IMG/VR virus record: IMGVR_UViG_3300034954_001721
Strand: one strand, 5' to 3'
Length of the DNA: 64,000 nt
From: a virus
The notes under the pieces were generated by a model. It did no database searches, was not told the DNA's origin, and saw only the letters and a list, made by a program, of their open reading frames with translations. Below, one piece after another: positions 1 through 8,979 of this stretch. Position 1 is the first letter of the stretch, and every line of letters begins with the position of its first letter. Both the position numbers and the translations under genes were made by a program.

Positions 1-71
1 TTGCAGAAGGTTGTAAGAAAGTGTTTATTGAGCAGTTTCCAACTTGTGCAGAAGCCCTTGAGTGGGTCTAA
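1..71 (+). CDS. thyX: 3' end of thymidylate synthase (ThyX-type), truncated by window edge
   Basis: Frame from nt 3 reads AEGCKKVFIEQFPTCAEALEWV*, resembling the C-terminus of cyanophage ThyX; usual position upstream of the phoH cluster. Confidence 0.6.
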   Translation, partial: AEGCKKVFIEQFPTCAEALEWV

Positions 72-74
72 ATA
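68..74 (+). promoter_or_regulatory. T4-type late promoter (CTAAATA)
   Basis: NTAAATA motif about 20 nt upstream of ATG 95; the same motif precedes many structural genes in the window. Confidence 0.55.
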
Positions 75-94
75 AAATACATTGAAATTTGATT

Positions 95-343
95 ATGGCA
101 ACGTATCCTGTTATTCATAAGGAAACTGGAGAGCAAAAACAAGTTAGTATGAGTGTTCACGATTGGACACAATGGTGTGAAGACAATCCCGAATGGCAAC
201 GAGATTGGTCAGATCCATCTACCTGTCCTGCTTCAGCTGAAGTTGGGGAATGGAAGGATAAACTTCGTAAGTCTTATCCAGGGTGGAATGATGTTCTTGG
301 AAAAGCATCTAAAGCACCTGGTTCAACTGTAAAGAAAATTTAA
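95..343 (+). CDS. Conserved T4-like cyanophage hypothetical protein
   Basis: ORF MATYPVIHKETGEQK...; ATG at 95 preferred over TTG 89; typical gene between thyX and phoH. Confidence 0.8.
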   Translation: MATYPVIHKETGEQKQVSMSVHDWTQWCEDNPEWQRDWSDPSTCPASAEVGEWKDKLRKSYPGWNDVLGKASKAPGSTVKKI

Positions 344-345
344 AT

Positions 346-1110
346 ATGGCAAGAAGGAAAAGAGCATCTGCAAAAGATGAACAACCAATTGGAGTTGGTC
401 TTACTGCAAAGCAGATGAAGAGAAAAAAACCACTAAGTCAAGAGTATTTGGTTGATATTGATCCATTATCTGATAATCAAAAACAACTCTTTGATTCATA
501 TAATGAAGGAAAGCATATTGTTGCATATGGTTGTGCAGGCACCGGTAAAACCTTTATTACCCTCTACAATGCTCTTCGTGATGTTCTGAGTGAAAATACT
601 CCATATGAGCGCATTTACCTTGTACGCTCTCTTGTAGCAACTAGAGAGATTGGTTTTCTTCCAGGTTCACATGAAGACAAGGCAGACATTTACCAAATTC
701 CTTATAAGAATATGGTGAAATATATGTTCCAGATGCCTAGTGATGCAGACTTTGAAATGCTGTATGGAAACTTAAAATCTCAGGAATCTATCAAGTTCTG
801 GTCTACTTCATTTTTGCGTGGAACAACTCTTGATAATGCGATTGTTATTGTGGACGAGTTCCAGAATCTAAACTTTCATGAACTTGATAGTATTATTACC
901 CGTGTTGGTGAGAATACTAAGATCTGTTTCTGTGGAGATGCACGTCAATCTGATTTGCAGAAAGATAAGGAAAAGAATGGTATTGTTGATTTTCTCAACA
1001 TCTTGCGTAAAATGGAATCATTTGATATAATTGAGTTTGATGTTGACGATATTGTTCGTTCTGGACTCGTCAAAGAATATATTATTGCAAAAATGGAATC
1101 TGGTTTTTGA
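346..1110 (+). CDS. phoH: PhoH-like ATPase
   Basis: Walker A GCAGTGKT, IGFLPG, FLRGTT, IVDEFQN, GDARQSD and DIVRSGLV motifs. Confidence 0.95.
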   Translation: MARRKRASAKDEQPIGVGLTAKQMKRKKPLSQEYLVDIDPLSDNQKQLFDSYNEGKHIVAYGCAGTGKTFITLYNALRDVLSENTPYERIYLVRSLVATREIGFLPGSHEDKADIYQIPYKNMVKYMFQMPSDADFEMLYGNLKSQESIKFWSTSFLRGTTLDNAIVIVDEFQNLNFHELDSIITRVGENTKICFCGDARQSDLQKDKEKNGIVDFLNILRKMESFDIIEFDVDDIVRSGLVKEYIIAKMESGF

Positions 1111-1790
1111 TGTTTAATTATGTTGATGTAAGTCTCCCTCAACTTGAGAGGGAGACAATTGATGGGGTGAGATACTACTCTGTTCCCGATGAAGAAGAAC
1201 TCCTCCGACTGGTCTCCATTACTTCGGTGACCAGTCATTTTAATAAGGAGATTTTTATTAAATGGAGGAAAAGAGTTGGTAATGAAGAAGCAGATCGTAT
1301 CACGAAAAAAGCAACTAGTCGCGGTACGGATATGCACACTCTTACCGAACATTATCTCAAGAATGAGAATCTTCCAAAGGTTCAACCTATCTCTGATTTT
1401 CTGTTCAAGATTTCTAAAGAGAACCTAAATCGTATAAATAACATACACGCCCTTGAGGGTTCGCTATATAGTAAGCAATTAGGAATTGCTGGAACAGTAG
1501 ATTGTATCGCTGAATATGACGGCGAGTTAGCAATAATCGACTTCAAGACTTCAAAAAAACCAAAACCCCGAGAGTGGATTGACCACTACTTTGTACAGTG
1601 CATGGCATATGGTTGTATGCTGTATGAATTGACTGGTATTTCAGTCAAAAAACTTGTAATTATCATGGCATGTGAAAATGGAGAATGCGTCGTCTATGAA
1701 GAGCGAGACAAATCAAAGTACATCAAACTTCTCACAGAATACATTGGAAAGTTTGTTAGAGATAAACTGGAACTCTATGGAACCAAATAA
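1110..1790 (+). CDS. PD-(D/E)XK exonuclease (RecB/Cas4-like)
   Basis: RGTDMH, AGTVDCIAEYDGELAIIDFKTS and QCMAY motifs; core position after phoH. Confidence 0.9.
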   Translation: MFNYVDVSLPQLERETIDGVRYYSVPDEEELLRLVSITSVTSHFNKEIFIKWRKRVGNEEADRITKKATSRGTDMHTLTEHYLKNENLPKVQPISDFLFKISKENLNRINNIHALEGSLYSKQLGIAGTVDCIAEYDGELAIIDFKTSKKPKPREWIDHYFVQCMAYGCMLYELTGISVKKLVIIMACENGECVVYEERDKSKYIKLLTEYIGKFVRDKLELYGTK

Positions 1791-2037
1791 AGAACTAGAA
1801 AAAGCAATCGAGAGTAAATTTTTGACCCCCTCAAAATTTGCCTTAGAAATTGAAAAAATTGTTGCTGAAGAAAAATTTAACTATATTGATGCTATTTGTC
1901 ATTATTGTGAAATCAATGAACTTGAGGTAGACTCTATATCTAAGTTAGTATCTAAACCACTAAAAGAAAAACTGAAGTGGGATGCTACGAGACTTAATTT
2001 TATGAAACGAACTTCGAGAGCAAAATTGCCTTTATGA
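1777..2037 (+). CDS. g33: Late transcription co-activator gp33
   Basis: FALEIEKIVAEEKFNYIDAICHYCE...SKPLKEKLKWDA; start moved to ATG 1777; synteny with g59 and g32. Confidence 0.85.
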   Translation: MEPNKELEKAIESKFLTPSKFALEIEKIVAEEKFNYIDAICHYCEINELEVDSISKLVSKPLKEKLKWDATRLNFMKRTSRAKLPL

Positions 2038-2636
2038 AAGTGACTCCATTTGATACCTACCAACATTATTTGTCACTCAAAAATCATTTTACAAATCCAA
2101 AATACGACTTCTTCAAGTATGGTGCGAAGACCCGTGCTAGTGTGACCTCTTTTAACAAGAGGAAAGACAAGTATTGGTTTGAGAAAACCTCTCGCAAATA
2201 CTCTGATGAAGAGGTTGTTGATTTTTTGGTGTCAAATTTTTCTTCCGCCGATAACCCACAAAATCTATGGATTGGAGAAATTATCAATTCTGGCGAAAGG
2301 ACTTACGCCGAATGGAAAAAACGGAGACAGAGTTCGACTTACTTGTTCAAAGAACAAAGCAACGGGTTGTTCTTGGAGAACGAATTCTCGAAACTGTTCG
2401 ATTGTTCCAAAGGTCATCCTATCCTTCTGAAGGAGTATCTAAGCGGGAGATTATCTCTAGAAAACTTCGTCATCTACGACAAAATTTTCCATTTTTCTAA
2501 AAACTTTGATAAAAAACTGCTGGATCCTGTGTGGGAAACCGTAAGTTTGAAAATAAAGAAATATGAACCCTTCATAAATATTGACGTATTCAACTACAAA
2601 AGAATTCTAAAGGAGATTATTAGTAATGGCTCTTGA
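2034..2636 (+). CDS. g59: Helicase loader gp59
   Basis: YLSLKNHFTNPKYDFFKY...FNKRKDKYWFEK motif; synteny. Confidence 0.9.
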   Translation: MKVTPFDTYQHYLSLKNHFTNPKYDFFKYGAKTRASVTSFNKRKDKYWFEKTSRKYSDEEVVDFLVSNFSSADNPQNLWIGEIINSGERTYAEWKKRRQSSTYLFKEQSNGLFLENEFSKLFDCSKGHPILLKEYLSGRLSLENFVIYDKIFHFSKNFDKKLLDPVWETVSLKIKKYEPFINIDVFNYKRILKEIISNGS

Positions 2637-2826
2637 CAATAAAACTGTTCTTGAAAATCTTATTAATCAGCGAACAGAACTTATCACACAGATTGAAACG
2701 TCCCGTGCAACTGTATTGAGGCTTGACGGTGCTATTGACGTGCTTCAGCAACTTATTGAATCTGCTGAAAAGACTGAAGAGACTGAAGAAGTCGCAGAAA
2801 CTGAAGTAGTAGCAGAGAATGAGTGA
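2626..2826 (+). CDS. Hypothetical coiled-coil protein
   Basis: ORF overlapping both neighbours; LDGAIDVL segment, acidic tail. Confidence 0.7.
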   Translation: MALDNKTVLENLINQRTELITQIETSRATVLRLDGAIDVLQQLIESAEKTEETEEVAETEVVAENE

Positions 2827-3151
2827 TTTTTTTGATTCTGAAATTATTCAAGATGAATTAAAAGAAATCAATGAGTTGCAAGAGAGAATCTATGGTTCTC
2901 TCTTTAATTTTAATTCTATGTCCAACGAAGACAGATTAAAACATGTTGAAATACTGTCAAACTTGCTAGAAAAGCAAAAAGTGATGTATACTAGGTTATC
3001 TCTTTCGGAAGATCCTAAAGCGGTTGAAATGAAAGAGAACCTTCGCAAGTCAGTCGTAATGATGGGTTTTCCACCTGAGACCGACATGAGTATGCTATTC
3101 AATAGTATGAGTGCGACCATCGAGGCATTGAAAAATTACATTGACTCTTGA
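2819..3151 (+). CDS. DUF1825-like protein
   Basis: FFDSEIIQDEL...LLEKQKVMYTRLSLSEDPKA; usual gene upstream of g32 in cyanophages. Confidence 0.75.
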   Translation: MSDFFDSEIIQDELKEINELQERIYGSLFNFNSMSNEDRLKHVEILSNLLEKQKVMYTRLSLSEDPKAVEMKENLRKSVVMMGFPPETDMSMLFNSMSATIEALKNYIDS

Positions 3152-3169
3152 TGGTTTCTTTGTTATAAT
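3141..3169 (+). promoter_or_regulatory. Sigma70-type promoter for g32
   Basis: TTGACT-17 nt-TATAAT. Confidence 0.8.
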
Positions 3170-3214
3170 ATCCAAGCAAATCCAACAAATCCAAACTAAT
3201 CCGAGGTAATCTAA

Positions 3215-4150
3215 ATGTCTTTCGCAGACCTTAAAAAGCAATCCAAACTGGGCTCCCTGACTCAAAAACTGGTCAAGGAAGTTGAAAAGATGAACAACAA
3301 CGGTGGCGGTTCCGCCGATGACCGTTTCTGGAAACTGGAGTGTGATAAGAGCGGCAATGGTTATGCCGTCATCCGTTTCCTTCCTGCTCCTAACGGAGAA
3401 GATCTTCCCTTCGTCAAACTGTACTCTCATGCCTTCCAAGGTCCTGGCGGTTGGTACATTGAAAACTCTCTGACCACTCTGGGTCAGAAAGATCCTGTGT
3501 CTGAGTACAACTCTATGCTGTGGAACAACGGCACTGATGCAGGCAAAGATGCTGCTCGTAAGCAGAAGCGTAAACTGACTTACATCAGCAACATCTATGT
3601 TGTGAAGGATCCTGCTAACCCTCAAAATGAAGGTCGTGTGATGCTGTACAAGTACGGTAAGAAAATCTTTGACAAGATCACTGCCGCAATGCAACCCGAG
3701 TTCGAGGACGAGGAAGCAATCGATCCGTTTGACTTCTGGCAGGGTGCCAACTTCAAACTGAAGGCAAAGAACGTTGCTGGTTACCGTAACTATGACTCTT
3801 CTGAGTTTGCACGTCAAGATGCACTTCTAGAAGATGATGACGCTATGGAAGCAATCTGGAAGAAGCAGTCTTCTCTGTCTGAGTTCACTGCTGCTGACCA
3901 GTTCAAGGACTACGACGCACTGAAAAAGCGTCTGGACTATGTGCTGGGTAACAAAGGCACTCCTCGCTTCCACGACGAAGAGACTGTTATGGAAGAAGAA
4001 CAGTTCCGTCGTGAGAACCGTGGTGCTACTCCTGCAGTGACTTCTACCCCTGGTGACTTTAATGCAGAAGACATCATTGCTCCTAGTTCCGCTTCAACCG
4101 TTGAAGAGGATGACACTCTGGCATACTTTGCTCGTCTTGCCGAAGAGTGA
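3215..4150 (+). CDS. g32: Single-stranded DNA-binding protein gp32
   Basis: DDRFWKL...GNGYAVIRFLPAP, YGKKIFDKI, GANFKLK, acidic C-terminal tail; GAGG RBS. Confidence 0.97.
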   Translation: MSFADLKKQSKLGSLTQKLVKEVEKMNNNGGGSADDRFWKLECDKSGNGYAVIRFLPAPNGEDLPFVKLYSHAFQGPGGWYIENSLTTLGQKDPVSEYNSMLWNNGTDAGKDAARKQKRKLTYISNIYVVKDPANPQNEGRVMLYKYGKKIFDKITAAMQPEFEDEEAIDPFDFWQGANFKLKAKNVAGYRNYDSSEFARQDALLEDDDAMEAIWKKQSSLSEFTAADQFKDYDALKKRLDYVLGNKGTPRFHDEETVMEEEQFRRENRGATPAVTSTPGDFNAEDIIAPSSASTVEEDDTLAYFARLAEE

Positions 4151-4218
4151 AGTCTGATTACACAACATACCGTGTAACTAAATCCGATGCCGCAGATTTA
4201 CTTCTGCGGTTTCATTAT
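4147..4218 (+). pseudogene. Remnant 5' end of the Mom-like gene
   Basis: GTG overlapping the g32 stop reads MKSDYTTYRVTKSDAADLLLRFHY, 14/24 identical to the N-terminus of 4624..5241; frame runs on to TAA at 4308. Confidence 0.75.
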
Positions 4219-4225
4219 TTTTTTT
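4189..4225 (+). terminator. Rho-independent terminator after g32
   Basis: GCCGCAGA-TTTACT-TCTGCGGT hairpin followed by a T-rich tract. Confidence 0.7.
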
Positions 4226-4228
4226 ATT

Positions 4229-4627
4229 ATGAAAAATCCTTGGAAAGCACTTGTTCAAAAAGCAAAAACTGCTGCCCGTCCTGGACAAGAAAAGAAAAAT
4301 GGAATTAAAAGAACAGAACCATTAGATGTTACTATTGATGAACAGTATCTTATTCATCAATTTACTAGACAAAAAGGCATGTGTTACTGGACGGATTTTC
4401 CTATTGACCCACAGGGTATTTTTATAAGTCCCAATCCTCTTGCTCCCAGTTTAGAGAGATTAGATGAATCCCTTGGATATGTTCCAGGGAATGTTGTTAT
4501 TGCTTTAAGACTTTTTAATCTTGGTAGACAGCGTTGTCCAGAGTCTATGTTCAAAGAACAAGTACAATTGTTAAAAAATCATTTTTCTGGTGTTGATACT
4601 AGAAATGCGTTAGAAAAAATGTTATGA
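4229..4627 (+). CDS. HNH/His-Me-finger-like putative free-standing homing endonuclease
   Basis: GMCYWTDFPI...APSLERLDESLGYVPGNVVIALRLFNLGR matches the SLDRID..GY..GNV....N pattern; ATG 4229 preferred. Confidence 0.7.
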   Translation: MKNPWKALVQKAKTAARPGQEKKNGIKRTEPLDVTIDEQYLIHQFTRQKGMCYWTDFPIDPQGIFISPNPLAPSLERLDESLGYVPGNVVIALRLFNLGRQRCPESMFKEQVQLLKNHFSGVDTRNALEKML

Positions 4628-5241
4628 AATTAGATTTTTATATAGACCGTGTAACCAAATCACAATCAGCAGAACTACTTTTAAAATATCACTATCTAAA
4701 GGATATTTCTAAAGATTTCAAATCTGGATACAATTATGGTCTTTATGAAAATAATGATTTTAGTCCACTCAATATCGGTGGCATCAAGGGAGTCTGTATC
4801 TTTACGGGTCTCCCCGTTCCAGAAATAGCACAAGGAGCATTCGGTCTAGACCGAAATGAACAAGAAGGTCTCTTTGAACTTTCACGACTTTGTATTCACC
4901 CTGACACACAACAAACAGAATATAATATTACTTCCTGGTTCGTATCCAGATGTATCAAACAGTTACGCAGAGAGACTAAAGTTAGGGCAATCATTTCTTA
5001 CGCTGATAGCGACTTTCATGGTGGTACAATCTATCGAGCTTGTAACTTTAAATATTGTGGGCTTACAGATGCTAAAAAAGACTTCTATTATGCAGACGGT
5101 ACCAAGCACTCACGCGGCAAAATGAAAGGTGTTGAGGGAGAATGGAAATATCGATCCCGTAAACACCGATATGTAATGGTATTTGATAAAAAATTAGATC
5201 TCTTATGGACCGATGAGTCTAGTGTTGTCAGTCTTAATTAA
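4624..5241 (+). CDS. Mom-like GNAT-fold DNA modification protein
   Basis: HYL, ELSRLC, ISYADSDFHGGTIYRACNF and KHRY motifs typical of Mu Mom-like proteins. Confidence 0.8.
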   Translation: MKLDFYIDRVTKSQSAELLLKYHYLKDISKDFKSGYNYGLYENNDFSPLNIGGIKGVCIFTGLPVPEIAQGAFGLDRNEQEGLFELSRLCIHPDTQQTEYNITSWFVSRCIKQLRRETKVRAIISYADSDFHGGTIYRACNFKYCGLTDAKKDFYYADGTKHSRGKMKGVEGEWKYRSRKHRYVMVFDKKLDLLWTDESSVVSLN

Positions 5242-5910
5242 TCTTTCATTGATAAACTGAGAACTTTCACTATAGTTCATAATAGTTCTTATTTCACTCA
5301 AATATTGTCCCAAGTATTTTGATTTTAATAAGAATATCTTTCTCTTCTTTTCATTTTGAATTGTTTCATAAACAAAGTTTGAAATACCAATTACTGGATT
5401 GATGTCACCTGTTCCTGTGTACTTAGTATTTTCATATGCACCTGTTGCAACATAACTATTACCTGTGATAGTAGCATCATAGGGTGCAGGAATAGAAAAA
5501 TCTTGGTCAACTCTCTGACCAGGAGGAAGAATTAACCGACCCTTGGAGTCTTTTACTTCGAGGGTTTCATAATGATGAATATCATTTAATTTTGTACCAT
5601 ATTTGTTTTCTGCATAAACGTAGAGATCTTTATTGGAGAGTGGCCATTGGTCTCTAATGTTTGTTATACCTGCAGTTAATACAACAACCCAGTCCAATTC
5701 AGAGGAACCATAAAATGTTTCTGCAATCGTGTCTGGTCGTTGACCTTGAAGAATAGTATACTTAGAATATAAAGTTGTTTTATCTTGAATAGAATCTCTA
5801 ACCTTTACTCTACGGAAAAGATTTTTGATAGCAACATATTCTTTTGAAGAAATTTTATGTTGAAGATTTGACTGATATGCAATATCAGGTAGTTCTCTAA
5901 AATAAGACAT
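5203..5910 (-). CDS. g53: Baseplate wedge protein gp53
   Basis: MSYFRELPDI, RPDTIAETFYGSSELDWVV (LysM-like), QWPLS, IHHYET. Confidence 0.9.
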   Translation of the reverse strand: MSYFRELPDIAYQSNLQHKISSKEYVAIKNLFRRVKVRDSIQDKTTLYSKYTILQGQRPDTIAETFYGSSELDWVVVLTAGITNIRDQWPLSNKDLYVYAENKYGTKLNDIHHYETLEVKDSKGRLILPPGQRVDQDFSIPAPYDATITGNSYVATGAYENTKYTGTGDINPVIGISNFVYETIQNEKKRKIFLLKSKYLGQYLSEIRTIMNYSESSQFINERLIKTDNTRLIGP

Positions 5911-7022
5911 CAGTAACCTACTCCTGTACCAGCTGCGAGTGCTGTATCACCTTCTACTTCATAATCATCAGCATAAATTGGATTGATTTCTTTAAATGTA
6001 AATTGCATGGTCATATGAACTGGTGTTCCATCATCATATGTTGCATAAGTATTTGACCCAGTATAATTAACTGACATATCTGTTACTACGCCAGTTTTCA
6101 TTTTGTTCAAGAATGGATGTGGATCTGTACCAGACATATATCTCAATTTAAATAGTTTGGGAGATTTAATAAAGATCGCAGGATTCTCTCCTTTTCTTGG
6201 CATCATTCCTCGTTTAATTGTTCGTATTATTAGTGCAACTTCATTTGCTTCATCAGGATTTCTAGGTGCAAAATCAAAGGCAAATGGGAAAGACCTTAGA
6301 GTGACATTATTGAAGAGTAACTCTAAATTTGATTGTAGAATTTGACCACTTGCTCTGGTGATAATTGATTGTGGATTTACATTAGCACCTAATTGATTGA
6401 TTGCTACTGACGATAATCCATCTTTTAATGCCCTTATTTCATTAGGACCAACTCCCAGTCCTTTTAAATCTTTAAATACTTCAGTTACATCTTCAGTACC
6501 AAAGGGTCTTATCTGACCAGTCTTAGCGTCGGGTACAATAGCACCTGCAGCCTTAAGACCAGCGACTTGTAAAGGATTTAAAGAATCTTCAGCATATCCA
6601 ACAGACATAGCGTCAGAGATACTTTGTGGCATCGGCAGATATATCTGCTGAAGATTGGTCATCAATTTTTTCTCTTCTTCAGTACCTTCTAGAATCTTTT
6701 CTATTTTATCCGCTTTGTTTCCTAGTCCAGAAAGCAAATCTGTTAACTTTTGACCCTTAGTATCTTTATCAGTCAGTCCATAAATGTCTTGATTACTTTC
6801 ATAATCAAATATTGACATTGACAAATAATCTGCAGTTGCGTCAAGTCTTTGCTTTGGATATCTCAACACTAAAGGGTCATTATTCGTACCCTGAGTACCA
6901 GCATCTGGAGTAGTTGCAGTTTGATTTGATTGTCCGGCAAGAATTTCGGCAGCACTGAATCCATTAAATGAAAGTGGATTTGTAAATGAATCTGCTATTA
7001 ATGCACTATAGTCGTCTTCCAT
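5910..7022 (-). CDS. g48: Baseplate tail-tube cap gp48
   Basis: LRYP, IYLPMP, ELLFNNVTLRSFPFAFDFAPRNPDEA, VNYT...FKE. Confidence 0.85.
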   Translation of the reverse strand: MEDDYSALIADSFTNPLSFNGFSAAEILAGQSNQTATTPDAGTQGTNNDPLVLRYPKQRLDATADYLSMSIFDYESNQDIYGLTDKDTKGQKLTDLLSGLGNKADKIEKILEGTEEEKKLMTNLQQIYLPMPQSISDAMSVGYAEDSLNPLQVAGLKAAGAIVPDAKTGQIRPFGTEDVTEVFKDLKGLGVGPNEIRALKDGLSSVAINQLGANVNPQSIITRASGQILQSNLELLFNNVTLRSFPFAFDFAPRNPDEANEVALIIRTIKRGMMPRKGENPAIFIKSPKLFKLRYMSGTDPHPFLNKMKTGVVTDMSVNYTGSNTYATYDDGTPVHMTMQFTFKEINPIYADDYEVEGDTALAAGTGVGY

Positions 7023-7042
7023 TATGGACGGTACTTTTTAAG

Positions 7043-7049
7043 TATTTAG
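7043..7049 (-). promoter_or_regulatory. Late promoter for g48-g53
   Basis: CTAAATA on the minus strand about 20 nt upstream of the g48 start. Confidence 0.6.
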
Positions 7050-7585
7050 CTACTCATTGCAAAATCTGCTAAAGGAAGCATAAGAACATCCCTTAACTCA
7101 GATGGGTAGATTTCATAAATGCCATCAGTCACTACTTCATTAGCAAGATATCGTCTTACTGACTGACCTTTACCTAACCAATGATAATTTTCTGCAATCC
7201 AACCATCTTCTAGTGGTGTACGCATCTGAACTACAGGATTTTTATCATATCTTATACCAGGTGTGATTGCACGATAGCGATAAACATATAACTTACCAGG
7301 TATTGGTGCATCTGCTTTATCCAATACTTTTATCAGTTCGTTGATTACAATATCTGGGTCTCTGACACCCGTCACATTGTTTGTTACTACACGAATTCTA
7401 TTTCTGTTCGTGTCAGTATCAGTTGGTCTATTTTTAGCAGGTCTTGGGTCTCTACGTATCCCATCATCATATACATTAGAACCAACTTCAATATTAAGAT
7501 CGCTACTAGAAGTTACCTCACCAGTTTCGTAAATATAAAAATATTTGCTTCCAATTTTACCACCAGACTTAATGGTTCGTGCCAT
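7046..7585 (-). CDS. g2: DNA end protector gp2-like protein
   Basis: IPGKLYVYRY...YDKNPVV...NYHWL...RRY; position between g4 and g48. Confidence 0.6.
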   Translation of the reverse strand: MARTIKSGGKIGSKYFYIYETGEVTSSSDLNIEVGSNVYDDGIRRDPRPAKNRPTDTDTNRNRIRVVTNNVTGVRDPDIVINELIKVLDKADAPIPGKLYVYRYRAITPGIRYDKNPVVQMRTPLEDGWIAENYHWLGKGQSVRRYLANEVVTDGIYEIYPSELRDVLMLPLADFAMSS

Positions 7586-8022
7586 TACTTGATACCTAAT
7601 TCTTTTTCAGTTAATACTTTGAACTCCCACATTCTATCTTCACAAAATTCTCTCGCTGCTTTCCACTTCGCTTGATTCTTAGCGTATTCGTATGCCTCGT
7701 TAAGATACTTCTTTGTTTGTCTTTTTGGTTTTGATGGAGGAGAACATTGTTTTAGTGGTTTAATTTCAATCAGTGATCGTTTGATTCTACCACCAACGTC
7801 TTTATACTTAATGTAGAAGTCTGGGAAGTATCTATGAATTCTATTATCAACAGGTGAACGATATGGGAGAACAATCTCTTCACTACCCCACTCTAATATA
7901 TTTTCGTTATTATCACAGTAAACCATGAACTTTCGTTCCCATAAGGAACGATAAACAATATTGGTTGGGTCACCCTTATATTTCTTGGGATGTGATGGTG
8001 AATATTTTCCCTTGTATGACAT
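7585..8022 (-). CDS. g4: Head completion nuclease gp4
   Basis: YKGDPTNIVYRSLWERKFM, HRYFPDF, IEIKP, NQAKWKAA. Confidence 0.95.
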   Translation of the reverse strand: MSYKGKYSPSHPKKYKGDPTNIVYRSLWERKFMVYCDNNENILEWGSEEIVLPYRSPVDNRIHRYFPDFYIKYKDVGGRIKRSLIEIKPLKQCSPPSKPKRQTKKYLNEAYEYAKNQAKWKAAREFCEDRMWEFKVLTEKELGIK

Positions 8023-8056
8023 CTAAATAACTAATAATCTCATATAAGATATTTAG
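8023..8056. promoter_or_regulatory. Divergent pair of late promoters
   Basis: CTAAATA at 8023-8029 (+) and TATTTAG at 8050-8056 (CTAAATA on -) between divergent g4 and the 8058 ORF. Confidence 0.65.
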
Positions 8057-8057
8057 A

Positions 8058-8930
8058 GTGCCTAGACCGTTTCCCAAAAAGATATCGCAGATAAAACCTC
8101 TTATATCAAACGTAGCACTTACATCAAACTATTTGGTACAGTTTGGTGGATTTACTCCAAAGTTAATGACATATCTCAAACAAAGAGGTATGGATAGTAG
8201 ATTTCTTGGAGAAGAAATTGGTCTTCTTTGTTCTAGAGGATCTTTACCTGGAAGTAGTTTTGCTACAGCAGATATTATAGGAAATTTTCAAGGTGTCACC
8301 GAGAGGATGATACACACAAGACAATTTGTCCAGATGGATTTGGACTTTTATGTTGATAATGAGTATCGTGCATTAAAGTTTCTTGAACATTGGATGGAAT
8401 TTGCTTCTAGTGGTTCCACTACTGGTCTTGATGCTCAAGATCCAGTAAAGAGAGGTTATTATTTTAGAATGAGATATCCTGATGAATATAAATGTGATTA
8501 TACTAAAATTGTAAAATTTGAAAAGGATTACAAGAGATATATTGAGTATAGATTTATTGGATTGTTCCCAATATCATTGAATGCCACTACAGTTTCATAT
8601 GAAGGATCGCAGATACTAAAAGCAACTGCATCATTTAACTATGAACGTTATATTGCAGGACAATCATATTCTATCAATTACGCTACTGGGACAGATAATA
8701 ATAAAGAAGGAGCGACTACTGGAAATCCAGGTAATGCTGGAGATTATGCTTCCACAGTTTTAGATACTGGAATCACATTACCTGCTGACGGAAGTTTTAA
8801 TAATCTTGCAGGTCTTTTCAATAATAGTTCTAGTGCTAGTGCATTTAATATATCTAATAGTTCGATATTGAACAGTCAATTTGATAGTAGTCCCAGTGTG
8901 TATGATTCAACATTTGAAATCAACATTTGA
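8058..8930 (+). CDS. Tail tube / tube initiator protein (gp54/gp19-like)
   Basis: LLCSRGSLPG, FYVD...FLEHWME, FPISLNATTVSY...ASFNYERY. Confidence 0.7.
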   Translation: MPRPFPKKISQIKPLISNVALTSNYLVQFGGFTPKLMTYLKQRGMDSRFLGEEIGLLCSRGSLPGSSFATADIIGNFQGVTERMIHTRQFVQMDLDFYVDNEYRALKFLEHWMEFASSGSTTGLDAQDPVKRGYYFRMRYPDEYKCDYTKIVKFEKDYKRYIEYRFIGLFPISLNATTVSYEGSQILKATASFNYERYIAGQSYSINYATGTDNNKEGATTGNPGNAGDYASTVLDTGITLPADGSFNNLAGLFNNSSSASAFNISNSSILNSQFDSSPSVYDSTFEINI

Positions 8931-8979
8931 ATTCTTCTGATTCCCATCTAAATAATTTCACTGATGTGCAAGGATTGTA

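Noticed and set aside
1672-1776. Long N-terminal extensions in the ORF track (g33 from 1672, endonuclease from 4187, cp12 from 57960)
   Set aside because: They overlap upstream genes or terminators; downstream ATGs fit the expected protein starts better
3095-3817. 240-aa minus-strand ORF and the many other antisense or nested ORFs in the track
   Set aside because: Shadows of well-supported genes caused by codon bias; no motifs or expression signals
4219-4623. Group I intron interrupting the Mom-like gene
   Set aside because: The downstream gene has its own complete N-terminus, the insert is almost entirely ORF, and no intron core elements were recognised
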